From Bacteroidales bacterium (GTDB taxonomy: Bacteria > Bacteroidota > Bacteroidia > Bacteroidales > VadinHA17): a DNA stretch of 64,000 bases. This document shows positions 36,149 to 44,013 of this stretch, piece after piece. Positions within the stretch are counted from its first letter, which is position 1; every line of letters starts with the position of its first letter. The notes below the pieces were generated by a model. It saw nothing but the letters and a program-made list of their open reading frames with translations. It was not told the DNA's origin and ran no database searches. The position numbers and the translations under genes are program-made. Location of the stretch: contig JAIPBU010000004.1 in assembly GCA_021738535.1 (NCBI GenBank), positions 36,573 through 100,572 of the forward strand, in the 5' to 3' direction.

Positions 36149-36224
36149 CCTTTGCGCCGCCTTTGGATAGTTTTTTCATTTTCAATAATCTGGCTCTCAC
36201 TGCTCACTGCTCATATCTTTTAAT

Positions 36225-36232
36225 TACCTTTG
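36225..36232 (+). promoter_or_regulatory. candidate -7 promoter box TACCTTTG
   Basis: Exact TAnnTTTG match inside the ORF-track N-terminus, 18 nt upstream of the in-frame GTG at 36250. Confidence 0.4.
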
Positions 36233-36249
36233 CAGATTATTCTGATGCC

Positions 36250-37590
36250 GTGAAGATAACTGAGAATTTATCATACCGTAAAATATTCCTTTTCTGGGGA
36301 CCGCTGGCTCTTACGTGGCTTATGATGGCCTTTGAGCAGCCTTTCCTGGTATCTGTTATTGCAAGGCTTCCGGATGCAAAATATAATCTTGCTGCCTTCG
36401 GGATAGCATTCTCTTTTGCACTGATAGTTGAAGCACCTGTTATTATGCTTATGAGCGCCTCAACAGCACTGGTAACTGACAGGAATTCCTACAGGAAGAT
36501 GAAGAGATTTACAGATATTCTCAATATATCGGTAGTTGTTGTTCAGGTCCTCGTTCTTATTCCTCCTGTTTTCAATTTTATCATCAATGATCTGATGGGT
36601 GTCCCTGATAACGTTGCAAAGCTTACTTATATTTCGCTGGTATTATTGATATTATGGCCTCCTGCCATAGGATACCGGAGGTTTTACCAGGGGATACTGA
36701 TCCGCAATAACCTGACACGGAGGGTTACCTATGGAACGGTAATCAGGCTGACCGTAATTGCTATTGCAGGATTCATACTCTACCTCGCTGGTCTTGAAGG
36801 TGCTTATGTTGGCGGTGCAACACTCTCCCTGGCTGTCACGGCAGAAGCAGTGGCCAGCTGGCTGATGGCCAGGAAAACGGTAAGGGCCATTGTGAGAGGT
36901 GGAGATCAACCGGAGCGGGATGAGAACGGGGAGCCAAATACTAAGCTGGGTTATAAATTTATTACACGGTTCTATACTCCCCTGGCACTAACATCATTAT
37001 TGTCGCTCGGCGTTCATCCCTTTGTGACATTTTTCCTGGGAAGGAGCCAGATGCCTGTTGAATCTCTTGCGGTATTGCCCGTGGTAAATTCACTGGTATT
37101 CATATTCAGAAGTATGGGCTTGTCGTACCAGGAAGTCCTTATTGCACTGGTTGGTGAGCGTAAGCAGAATTATAACTATTTACGCAATTTCGCAACAATC
37201 CTTGGCGCAGCAGTTACAGTACTGTTGGGTATAATTGCTTTTACTCCCCTGGCTGAAATATGGTTCGTTAAAGTATCAGGTCTCCAGGCTGACCTGGCAG
37301 ATCTTGCATACCTGCCCCTGCGCATTCTGATCGTTATGCCGGCATTGTCAGTGCTGCTTTCTTTCCAGCGCTCAACACTGGTGATCGCAGGTAATACAAA
37401 ACCTATATCGCTTGCTACAGGCATTGAACTTGTAACCATAATTACTGCATTGCTGATATGCATTGCTTATTTTAATATGGTTGGAGTTATTGCGGCTGCT
37501 ATTTCTTACATCATCGGTAAAGGAGCATCAAATCTTTATCTCAGTACAAAACAGCTCAGTACAGTAAGAATGTGGAAAAAGAAATACTGA
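36250..37590 (+). CDS. polytopic membrane protein, MATE/MOP-superfamily-like transporter (putative)
   Basis: About 12 or more predicted TM helices across ~446 aa, with MOP-like spacing. The family is not firmly recognised. The track start (TTG 36163) runs through the promoter box, so I prefer GTG 36250. The start remains uncertain. Confidence 0.4.
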   Translation: MKITENLSYRKIFLFWGPLALTWLMMAFEQPFLVSVIARLPDAKYNLAAFGIAFSFALIVEAPVIMLMSASTALVTDRNSYRKMKRFTDILNISVVVVQVLVLIPPVFNFIINDLMGVPDNVAKLTYISLVLLILWPPAIGYRRFYQGILIRNNLTRRVTYGTVIRLTVIAIAGFILYLAGLEGAYVGGATLSLAVTAEAVASWLMARKTVRAIVRGGDQPERDENGEPNTKLGYKFITRFYTPLALTSLLSLGVHPFVTFFLGRSQMPVESLAVLPVVNSLVFIFRSMGLSYQEVLIALVGERKQNYNYLRNFATILGAAVTVLLGIIAFTPLAEIWFVKVSGLQADLADLAYLPLRILIVMPALSVLLSFQRSTLVIAGNTKPISLATGIELVTIITALLICIAYFNMVGVIAAAISYIIGKGASNLYLSTKQLSTVRMWKKKY

Positions 37591-37699
37591 AATAACAAGG
37601 CTCTTTAACGTGACTATGTTATAAAGCTTAAGGCACTTTGTCATAGTTCGCCTGTTTTTATGTATATTATGGTGACAAAACCTTAAATATATTCAAAGG

Positions 37700-38998
37700 A
37701 TGGTAAGAATTACAGAAAAGATAATTATGTCTTTATTGATTACCATGTCGGTATTCCTGACACAGTGTAACCCTAAGGATAATGATAGTGAGAACCGGCT
37801 GACTCCTGATGAGGATAATGGCGGAATAAAGCTGCCAGGGGGATTTAAAGCCCTGGTTGTAGCTGATGATATTGGTCGTGGCCGTCATATAGATGTTAAT
37901 GATAACGGCGATATTTATATGGCCCTGAGAAGACTGGAAAACGGAAAAGGGATTGCAGCTCTTCGTGACACAACGGGAGATGGCCGGGCTGACATAGTCA
38001 GGTATTTTGGCGAGTACCCCGGTACAGGAATGGAAATCTATAATGGTTACCTCTATTTTGGGGGTGATACGATGGTACTCCGCTATAAGCTGAGCCCTGG
38101 ACAACTTGTTCCTGATAACGAACCGGAAATTGTTGTAAGTGGTTTTCCTGATCAGAATCAGCACCGTGATAAACCTTTTGCAATTGATAATGCAGGAAAC
38201 ATTTATGTTAATGTGGGAGCACCTTCCAATGCCTGTATGGAGCAGACCAGGACCATGGGATCACCGGGAATGTATCCCTGTCCCCAGTTGGAGAGACAGG
38301 CTGGTATCTGGAAGTTCAGTGTTGACAGCATAAATCAGACACAGGTGGATGATGGCTACAGGTATGCTTCCGGGATACGAAATTCAATAGCCCTTACATG
38401 GAGTGATGTGACTGATAACCTGTATGTTGTAATGCACGGAAGAGACCAGCTGAGCCAGTTTTATCCTGACCTGTATACTGAAGAGCAGAATGCCGAACTG
38501 CCTGCTGAAGAGTTTCTGCTTGTTAAAGAGGGTTCCGTATTCAGCTGGCCGTATTATTACTATGACCAGATCAAGGGAAAGATGGTGCTGGCACCTGAAT
38601 ACGGAGGTGATGGGGATAAGACAGAAGGCCCTGTGGAGGTTGAAGATCCTGTTATGGGTTTTCCCGGTCACCTTGCACCTAATGATATTATGTTTTATGA
38701 CGGAGTGCAGTTTCCGGAAAGATACAGGAACGGAGCCTTTATTTGTTTTCATGGCTCATGGAACAGGGCCCCGCTGGAGCAGGAAGGTTTTTTCGTTGCT
38801 TTTGTGCCATTTAGCGGTGAACTTCCCTCGGGCGAATGGGAAATATTTGCAGACGATTTTGCCGGCAAGGAAGTTGTCAGGAGTCCAAGCCAGGCTGAGC
38901 ACAGGCCTATGGGTATAGCCATGGGCACAGATGGTTCATTATATGTTTGTGATTCACAAAAAGGAAAAATATGGAGGATAATTTATGAAGATAAGTAA
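37700..38998 (+). CDS. PQQ-dependent sugar (glucose/sorbosone) dehydrogenase-family beta-propeller, lipoprotein
   Basis: The lipobox VFLTQC means the start may instead be ATG 37727. Repeated propeller-blade patterns and HG..RP..IA..DGSLYV motifs are typical of the soluble GSDH family. It overlaps the cytochrome c gene by 14 nt. Confidence 0.6.
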   Translation: MVRITEKIIMSLLITMSVFLTQCNPKDNDSENRLTPDEDNGGIKLPGGFKALVVADDIGRGRHIDVNDNGDIYMALRRLENGKGIAALRDTTGDGRADIVRYFGEYPGTGMEIYNGYLYFGGDTMVLRYKLSPGQLVPDNEPEIVVSGFPDQNQHRDKPFAIDNAGNIYVNVGAPSNACMEQTRTMGSPGMYPCPQLERQAGIWKFSVDSINQTQVDDGYRYASGIRNSIALTWSDVTDNLYVVMHGRDQLSQFYPDLYTEEQNAELPAEEFLLVKEGSVFSWPYYYYDQIKGKMVLAPEYGGDGDKTEGPVEVEDPVMGFPGHLAPNDIMFYDGVQFPERYRNGAFICFHGSWNRAPLEQEGFFVAFVPFSGELPSGEWEIFADDFAGKEVVRSPSQAEHRPMGIAMGTDGSLYVCDSQKGKIWRIIYEDK

Positions 38999-39464
38999 GA
39001 TTATAATTTTCAGCATGCTTGCTGTTTTAATTGCCTCGTGTAATAATACAGGTAATAGTAACAAAGATAAAACCGAGGAAGAAAAGAAGGAGACTGCAGT
39101 AGCTGAAAGTTTGCAGCAGTCGGCGTCCACTGATGAACCGGACTTTATGGAAGCCGGCAAAAAAGTATATAACAGGGTTTGCCTGGTTTGCCACCAGGAA
39201 GACGGGTCAGGGGTGCCCAATATGTATCCACCGGTAATTGAATCAGATTATATCTCTGGTAATACTGACAGCCTGATATATATCATACTGGAAGGAATGA
39301 AAGGACCTGTAGTTGTAAAAGGGGTGGAATATAACAGTATTATGCCACCCCAGAAAGGTGTTCTGGACGACCATGAGGTTGCTGATCTTCTTAATTACCT
39401 GCGTAATTCATTTGGCAACTCGGGTGAATTTGTGAAGCCGGAAGATGTGGCGGAAATGCGGTAG
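38985..39464 (+). CDS. class I c-type cytochrome, lipoprotein
   Basis: Lipobox VLIASC, haem motif CLVCHQ, and a distal Met region (NSIMPPQ). Confidence 0.85.
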   Translation: MKISKIIIFSMLAVLIASCNNTGNSNKDKTEEEKKETAVAESLQQSASTDEPDFMEAGKKVYNRVCLVCHQEDGSGVPNMYPPVIESDYISGNTDSLIYIILEGMKGPVVVKGVEYNSIMPPQKGVLDDHEVADLLNYLRNSFGNSGEFVKPEDVAEMR

Positions 39465-39608
39465 GCTACCATTCTGAACAGCTTGCCCTGGGCAACAGTC
39501 AATCATCCCAATACAGCATTGGATTATTCGCTCTCCCTCCTGCGCTGAAAGCTTAGGAGGGCAGAGCTCATGATCCCATAAGGGAGAAGCTTCAGAGCAA
39601 AATAAAAG

Positions 39609-39636
39609 CAATGCCTGACGGCATTGATTTTGTTTT
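39609..39636 (+). terminator. rho-independent terminator
   Basis: CAATGCC-tgac-GGCATTG (7-bp stem) followed by ATTTTGTTTT, 145 nt downstream of the cytochrome c stop. Confidence 0.6.
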
Positions 39637-39680
39637 CAGGCATTTACTCGCTCGAGCAAGCTCGGCTCGTAAAGCCATAA

Positions 39681-39719
39681 AACAAAAAACCATTCGCTTG
39701 TGCGAATGGCTTTTATTTT
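39681..39719. terminator. bidirectional rho-independent terminator
   Basis: CCATTCGC-ttgt-GCGAATGG is flanked by an A-run (AACAAAAAA) on one side and a T-run (CTTTTATTTT) on the other. On the minus strand it lies just after the 3' end of tRNA-Ser. Confidence 0.7.
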
Positions 39720-39723
39720 GCTC

Positions 39724-39811
39724 TGGCGGAGAAAGAGGGATTCGAACCCCCGGTACCTTACGGTACAACGGTTTTCAAGACCGCCGCATTCGACCACTCT
39801 GCCATTTCTCC
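39724..39811 (-). tRNA. tRNA-Ser (anticodon UGA), class II with long variable arm, CCA encoded
   Basis: The reverse complement reads GGAGAAATGGCAGAGTGGTCGAATGCGGCGGTCTTGAAAACCGTTGTACCGTAAGGTACCGGGGGTTCGAATCCCTCTTTCTCCGCCA. It has a 7-bp acceptor stem, anticodon loop CTTGAAA, variable-arm stem GTACC/GGTAC and a TTCGAAT T-loop. Confidence 0.95.
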
Positions 39812-39975
39812 ATACGGACCGCAAAGATAGTAATTTTTTTATTTAACAAAATCTTATCACAAATTCCATTATGGATAAATGAAAATTTTAAGGAATTTTA
39901 CTAATAATTAATATAATAATTTGCTCTGTTCGTGGAAAAATGGGGCTGAAGGTTTGCTATTCGTCGAAAAAAAAA

Positions 39976-39983
39976 TATATTTG
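39976..39983 (+). promoter_or_regulatory. candidate -7 promoter box TATATTTG for HU gene
   Basis: Exact TAnnTTTG match, 43 nt upstream of ATG 40026. Confidence 0.45.
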
Positions 39984-40025
39984 TATTTATTAAAGAGATT
40001 TCACTAACCATAAAAACTATTTACC

Positions 40026-40295
40026 ATGACAAAAAAGGAATTAGTAAATGCTATCGCTGAGAAGACAGGATTATCAATGAAGGATGCTAATAACGCTCTT
40101 AACTCTTTCGTAGATGCTTTTGGCGATGCAATGAAAAAGGGTGAAAGGATCCAGCTACCAGGTATGGGTACATTTAAGGTTGACACAAGAAGTGCAAGGG
40201 TTGTAAGAAATCCACAAACAGGCGCGAAACTCAACGTTCCTGCCAAGAAGGTAGTTAAATTCAAAGCTGCACCCGCACTCAGCGAAAAGCTCTAA
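40026..40295 (+). CDS. hup: HU-family DNA-binding protein
   Basis: 89 aa. MTKKELVNAIAEKTGLS...RNPQTGA...KFKA is a canonical HU/IHF sequence. Confidence 0.95.
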   Translation: MTKKELVNAIAEKTGLSMKDANNALNSFVDAFGDAMKKGERIQLPGMGTFKVDTRSARVVRNPQTGAKLNVPAKKVVKFKAAPALSEKL

Positions 40296-40321
40296 AAAAA
40301 CTTTTTTCTATGATTGCTTAA

Positions 40322-40345
40322 GGGGGTGTGCACACCCCCTTTTTT
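40322..40345 (+). terminator. rho-independent terminator of HU gene
   Basis: GGGGGTG-tgca-CACCCCC followed by TTTTTT, 27 nt after the stop. Confidence 0.85.
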
Positions 40346-40346
40346 A

Positions 40347-41033
40347 ATGGCCATGAATGATAAACAGTTAATCGAATACCTGAAGCAGTTTGTTTCACCG
40401 AAACGACTGGCTGCATTTGAGAGTGTCCTGGAATACAGGACAAAGTACCTGACTGTATTGCTTGAAGATATCTATCAGCCACATAATGCAAGTGCAGTGC
40501 TGAGAACATGCGACTGCTACGGGATCCAGGATGTGCATATTGTTGAAAACAGGAATCAATACCAGGTCAACCCTGATGTTGCTCTCGGGTCTGATAAATG
40601 GTTAAACATGACAAAATACGAAGGACAGGGGAATAATACTAAGAAAGCCTGTGACAAGCTTAGAAAAAATGGTTACAGGATAGTCGCTACCTCACTTCAT
40701 AAAGGAAATGAAACAGCTTTGCATGATTTTAAGCTTGAAAAAGGAAAAGTAGCAATTGTACTGGGAACTGAAATGCACGGACTCAGCGATATCGCATTTG
40801 AGGAAGCAGACGAATACCTGAAAATTCCTCTCTATGGATTTACAGAAAGCTTCAATATATCTGTTTCGGCAGCTATTATAATGCATGAATTCGTTTCCCG
40901 TCTTCACCGGTCTGAAATTAACTGGCAACTAACAGAAAATGAAAAGGAAAGTGTTTATCTGAACTGGCTCAGGAAGACAATAAAAAAATCTGAACTCCTG
41001 GAAAAGCAATTCAGAGAGATGAAAAACAGGTAA
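40347..41033 (+). CDS. trmH: SpoU/TrmH-family tRNA/rRNA 2'-O-methyltransferase
   Basis: SpoU motifs are present (NASAVLRTCDCYGIQDVHIV, VLGTEMHGLS, ESFNISVSAAI). The track start at 40314 includes the HU terminator, so I prefer ATG 40347. Confidence 0.8.
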   Translation: MAMNDKQLIEYLKQFVSPKRLAAFESVLEYRTKYLTVLLEDIYQPHNASAVLRTCDCYGIQDVHIVENRNQYQVNPDVALGSDKWLNMTKYEGQGNNTKKACDKLRKNGYRIVATSLHKGNETALHDFKLEKGKVAIVLGTEMHGLSDIAFEEADEYLKIPLYGFTESFNISVSAAIIMHEFVSRLHRSEINWQLTENEKESVYLNWLRKTIKKSELLEKQFREMKNR

Positions 41034-41099
41034 AAATAAAACTTTCGGTATTTTTTTATAATTTTGGGTTCTAACTCAGACTGCTTGAAACTATAACCT

Positions 41100-41807
41100 A
41101 TGAACTGCATTATCGTAGATGATGATCAATTATCAAGAAAGGTTCTGTCAGAACATATCAGGAAGTCTTCCTTCCTTAATCTTTCCGGAGCCTATGATAA
41201 TGCAATTGAGGCAAGGAATATACTTACAGGCAAAAAGGATATTGATCTGGTTCTTCTTGACATCCAGATGCCGGATATGGACGGCTTTGAGCTTCTCAGC
41301 AGCCTGGAAAGGCCACCTGCAATAATTATGGTTACCACGAATGAGGAAATGGCAGTAAAAGCCTATGACCTTGATGTTATAGACTATCTTATCAAACCTG
41401 TCAGCTATTCAAGATTTTGTAAGGCTGTTGATAAAGTAATACGGTACCAGAATAAAAACATCAGGGAAAATGTGGGACAACAGGAGGTTTTTATCAAAAA
41501 AGGATCAACACTCGTAAAGTTAAAGCTGATCGATATAGTAGCTGTTGAAGCCCTCGAGAATTATGTGGTTGTGCACACGGATAAGGAAAAATATACTATC
41601 CACTTTACCATGAAGGCCATAGAGCAACAGCTGCCTTCACTTATCTTTGTCAGGGTGCACCGTTCATACATTGTGAACAAGAGCAGGATAGAGATGATAA
41701 GAGATAACTCGGTGGAATTAAGCGGCGAACCTGAAATCAGCAATATACCCATTGGAAAATCATACCGTGACAGCCTGTTGAAAGAAATTAATGTTATGTT
41801 AAGATAA
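41100..41807 (+). CDS. LytTR-family two-component response regulator
   Basis: Receiver domain (DLVLLDIQMPDMDG, K at IKP) plus a C-terminal LytTR domain (FVRVHRSYIVN). Confidence 0.9.
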   Translation: MNCIIVDDDQLSRKVLSEHIRKSSFLNLSGAYDNAIEARNILTGKKDIDLVLLDIQMPDMDGFELLSSLERPPAIIMVTTNEEMAVKAYDLDVIDYLIKPVSYSRFCKAVDKVIRYQNKNIRENVGQQEVFIKKGSTLVKLKLIDIVAVEALENYVVVHTDKEKYTIHFTMKAIEQQLPSLIFVRVHRSYIVNKSRIEMIRDNSVELSGEPEISNIPIGKSYRDSLLKEINVMLR

Positions 41808-41821
41808 AACCACAGGTTATT

Positions 41822-43009
41822 ATGATCTCCAGTCGAAATTTATTCCTCTCACATGTCGGGCAAACTTCCACTGAACCTTTGCTGATTGAAATAGAAAAAG
41901 CAAAAGGTATCTGGTTGTACTCACCTGATGGTAAAAAATACCTTGACCTGGTCTCCGGTGTGTCTGTCAGTAATGCAGGTCACTGCAATGAGCATATAAT
42001 AACTGCCGTTAACAATCAAATGGATAAATATGCCCACCTGATGGTATATGGCGAACTGGTGCAGTCGCCGCAGGTAAATTATGCCAGAAGGCTCACAGAG
42101 CTGATGCATGATCACTTTGAAACAGTATATTTTGTGAACAGTGGATCAGAAGCGGTTGAAGGTGCAATCAAAACAGCAAGAAGATATACAGGCAGATCAA
42201 GGATAGTTTCATTCAGAAATGCTTACCATGGTTCAACAATGGGGGCTATGAGCCTCTTCGGTGATCAAGATTTCAGATCACAGTTTATGCCACTTATACC
42301 CGGCATAGTGCAGGCTGAATTCAATAATGAAAAATCACTGTCCGTAATTGATGATAGTGTTGCTGCAGTCATTGTTGAACCAATACAGGCAGAAGCAGGG
42401 ATAATAAATCCTGAAAATGATTTTCTTAAAACATTAAGAGAAAAGTGTAATAAAAGCGGGACCCTTTTGATCTTTGATGAGATACAGACCGGGTTCGGCA
42501 GGACAGGAACCCTTTTTGCCTACGAAAGATATGATGTGGTTCCTGATATTATCTGCCTTGCAAAATCACTGGGAGGAGGACTTCCCCTGGGCGCATTTGT
42601 CTCCTCCAATAAGATCATTTCAACGCTTTCTTCCAATCCTGCACTTGGTCATATAACCACATTTGGCGGTCACCCTGTGTCATGTGCGGCTGGCCTGGCA
42701 GGCCTTGAGTATATAACAGAAAATGAGCTGCATCTTAAATCTGTGGATAAAGGAAAGAGGTTCAGGAAAAAACTAAAGCATAAAGAGATAGCAGGGATAA
42801 GGGGAGAAGGATTGTTCATGGCAGTTAAACTGTCCTCGGCAGAGCTCGCTTCCAGGTTTATTGAACAGGGAACAAAGAATGGCCTGATACTTGATCAGTT
42901 CCTTTTTTGTAACGACTCGTTCAGGATATCACCACCCCTGGTAATAAAAAATGAAGAGATAGATTATGCAGTTGATGTCATTAAACAAACTATTGATGAA
43001 GTACGGTAA
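41822..43009 (+). CDS. class III aminotransferase (acetylornithine aminotransferase-like)
   Basis: The SGSEAVEGAIK and LIFDEIQTGFGRTG motifs and a PLP-lysine region (LAKSLGGG), at 395 aa. Confidence 0.8.
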   Translation: MISSRNLFLSHVGQTSTEPLLIEIEKAKGIWLYSPDGKKYLDLVSGVSVSNAGHCNEHIITAVNNQMDKYAHLMVYGELVQSPQVNYARRLTELMHDHFETVYFVNSGSEAVEGAIKTARRYTGRSRIVSFRNAYHGSTMGAMSLFGDQDFRSQFMPLIPGIVQAEFNNEKSLSVIDDSVAAVIVEPIQAEAGIINPENDFLKTLREKCNKSGTLLIFDEIQTGFGRTGTLFAYERYDVVPDIICLAKSLGGGLPLGAFVSSNKIISTLSSNPALGHITTFGGHPVSCAAGLAGLEYITENELHLKSVDKGKRFRKKLKHKEIAGIRGEGLFMAVKLSSAELASRFIEQGTKNGLILDQFLFCNDSFRISPPLVIKNEEIDYAVDVIKQTIDEVR

Positions 43010-43820
43010 AACTCTTGCTGTTTTATTATTATTGATTTCTTCACTTACCTCCCGCTCCCAATCATTCGACCAGGTAAGGGACTATCTTAATCGTATTTCG
43101 CTTTCCGGGGTGGACGAAGCTAAAATATCACTTAATGATTCAATCACGTATGTGCTTACAAAATACCTGGAAAATGATACAGTGAATAATCCCTGGGATT
43201 ATCCTGATATCCCTTATCTTGGAGAACTTACATCCCAAGACAGCATGGTAAAGGTCTTTTCATGGAATATCCCACTTCAGAATGGCACTAATATTTATAA
43301 TTGTATTATCTATGACCGTGTACGTGATAAGGTTATTCCCCTTAAAAATGATGAGGGATTACTTGACCTGGAAAAGGATGAAGTGATTGGTGCCGGCGAT
43401 TGGTATGGTACTCTTTACTACGAAATTATTAAGATCAATGAAGGCGACAGCCTCAGCTATGTACTGCTTGGTTATTGCCCGGCAAATAAGTTAAATTCCA
43501 AAGTAATTGAAGTTCTTGGTTTTGACCAGGACGGCAATGTGTTCTTTGGAAAGGATGTATTTGCTGATAGTCCTGACGATAAGAAAAGGATGATCTTTAA
43601 ATATAGTCCTCTCGCTACAATGATGCTTAAATACCAGGAAGAAAGCCACCGTATTGTTTATGATCATCTTTCTCCTCCTTCTCCTGAATTTACGGGGCAA
43701 TTAAGATATTATGGTCCTGACTTTTCATATGATGCCCTGGAAATAAGGTCCGGCAGGCTTTTCCCGGTGGAAGATATTGACTTCAGGGCAAAACAAGATA
43801 CCACTGTTATTGATAATTGA
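42996..43820 (+). CDS. hypothetical secreted protein
   Basis: Signal peptide MKYGKTLAVLLLLISSLTSRSQ from ATG 42996, which overlaps the upstream stop by 14 nt. No recognisable family. Confidence 0.5.
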   Translation: MKYGKTLAVLLLLISSLTSRSQSFDQVRDYLNRISLSGVDEAKISLNDSITYVLTKYLENDTVNNPWDYPDIPYLGELTSQDSMVKVFSWNIPLQNGTNIYNCIIYDRVRDKVIPLKNDEGLLDLEKDEVIGAGDWYGTLYYEIIKINEGDSLSYVLLGYCPANKLNSKVIEVLGFDQDGNVFFGKDVFADSPDDKKRMIFKYSPLATMMLKYQEESHRIVYDHLSPPSPEFTGQLRYYGPDFSYDALEIRSGRLFPVEDIDFRAKQDTTVIDN

Positions 43821-43893
43821 TGATTGATTATTTGTTTATTTATTGATCAATTGCTGCATACCTCAATTGACAATTGACAATAATCAATTAATC
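43820..43893. repeat. AT-rich imperfect inverted repeat built from (C)AATTGA / TGATT words; probable terminator
   Basis: The left arm GATTGATTATTTGTTTATTTATTGATCAATTG is partly complementary to the right arm CAATTGACAATTGACAATAATCAATTAATC. T-rich sequence follows. Confidence 0.55.
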
Positions 43894-44013
43894 TCCTGCT
43901 TTTATTCTGCACTTTTTTCATTCTTATGTGACTATTTGTCATAGATACATAATTGGCATGAGCTTTGAAATTGAGCACGTGTAAATTATGTTTAACATAT
44001 AAATTAATAAAAA

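Noticed and set aside
36163-36249. TTG-initiated N-terminal extension of the membrane transporter ORF
   Set aside because: It begins about 14 nt after the hexamer array and contains a -7 promoter box at 36225-36232. The in-frame GTG at 36250 is more plausible, although the true start is not certain.
39465-39811. tRNA-Ser as an integration site for a genomic island
   Set aside because: No integrase, no duplicated tRNA 3' segment (I looked for TGGCGGAGAAAGAGGGATTCGAACC-like repeats), and the flanking genes are housekeeping on both sides.
39611-39904. 97-aa (+) and 62-aa (-) ORFs overlapping tRNA-Ser
   Set aside because: They run through a canonical tRNA gene and two terminators. No coding support.
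40314-40346. N-terminal extension of the SpoU methyltransferase ORF (MLKGVCTPPFL)
   Set aside because: It is the HU-gene terminator hairpin (GGGGGTGTGCACACCCCC + T6) read in frame. ATG 40347 follows immediately.
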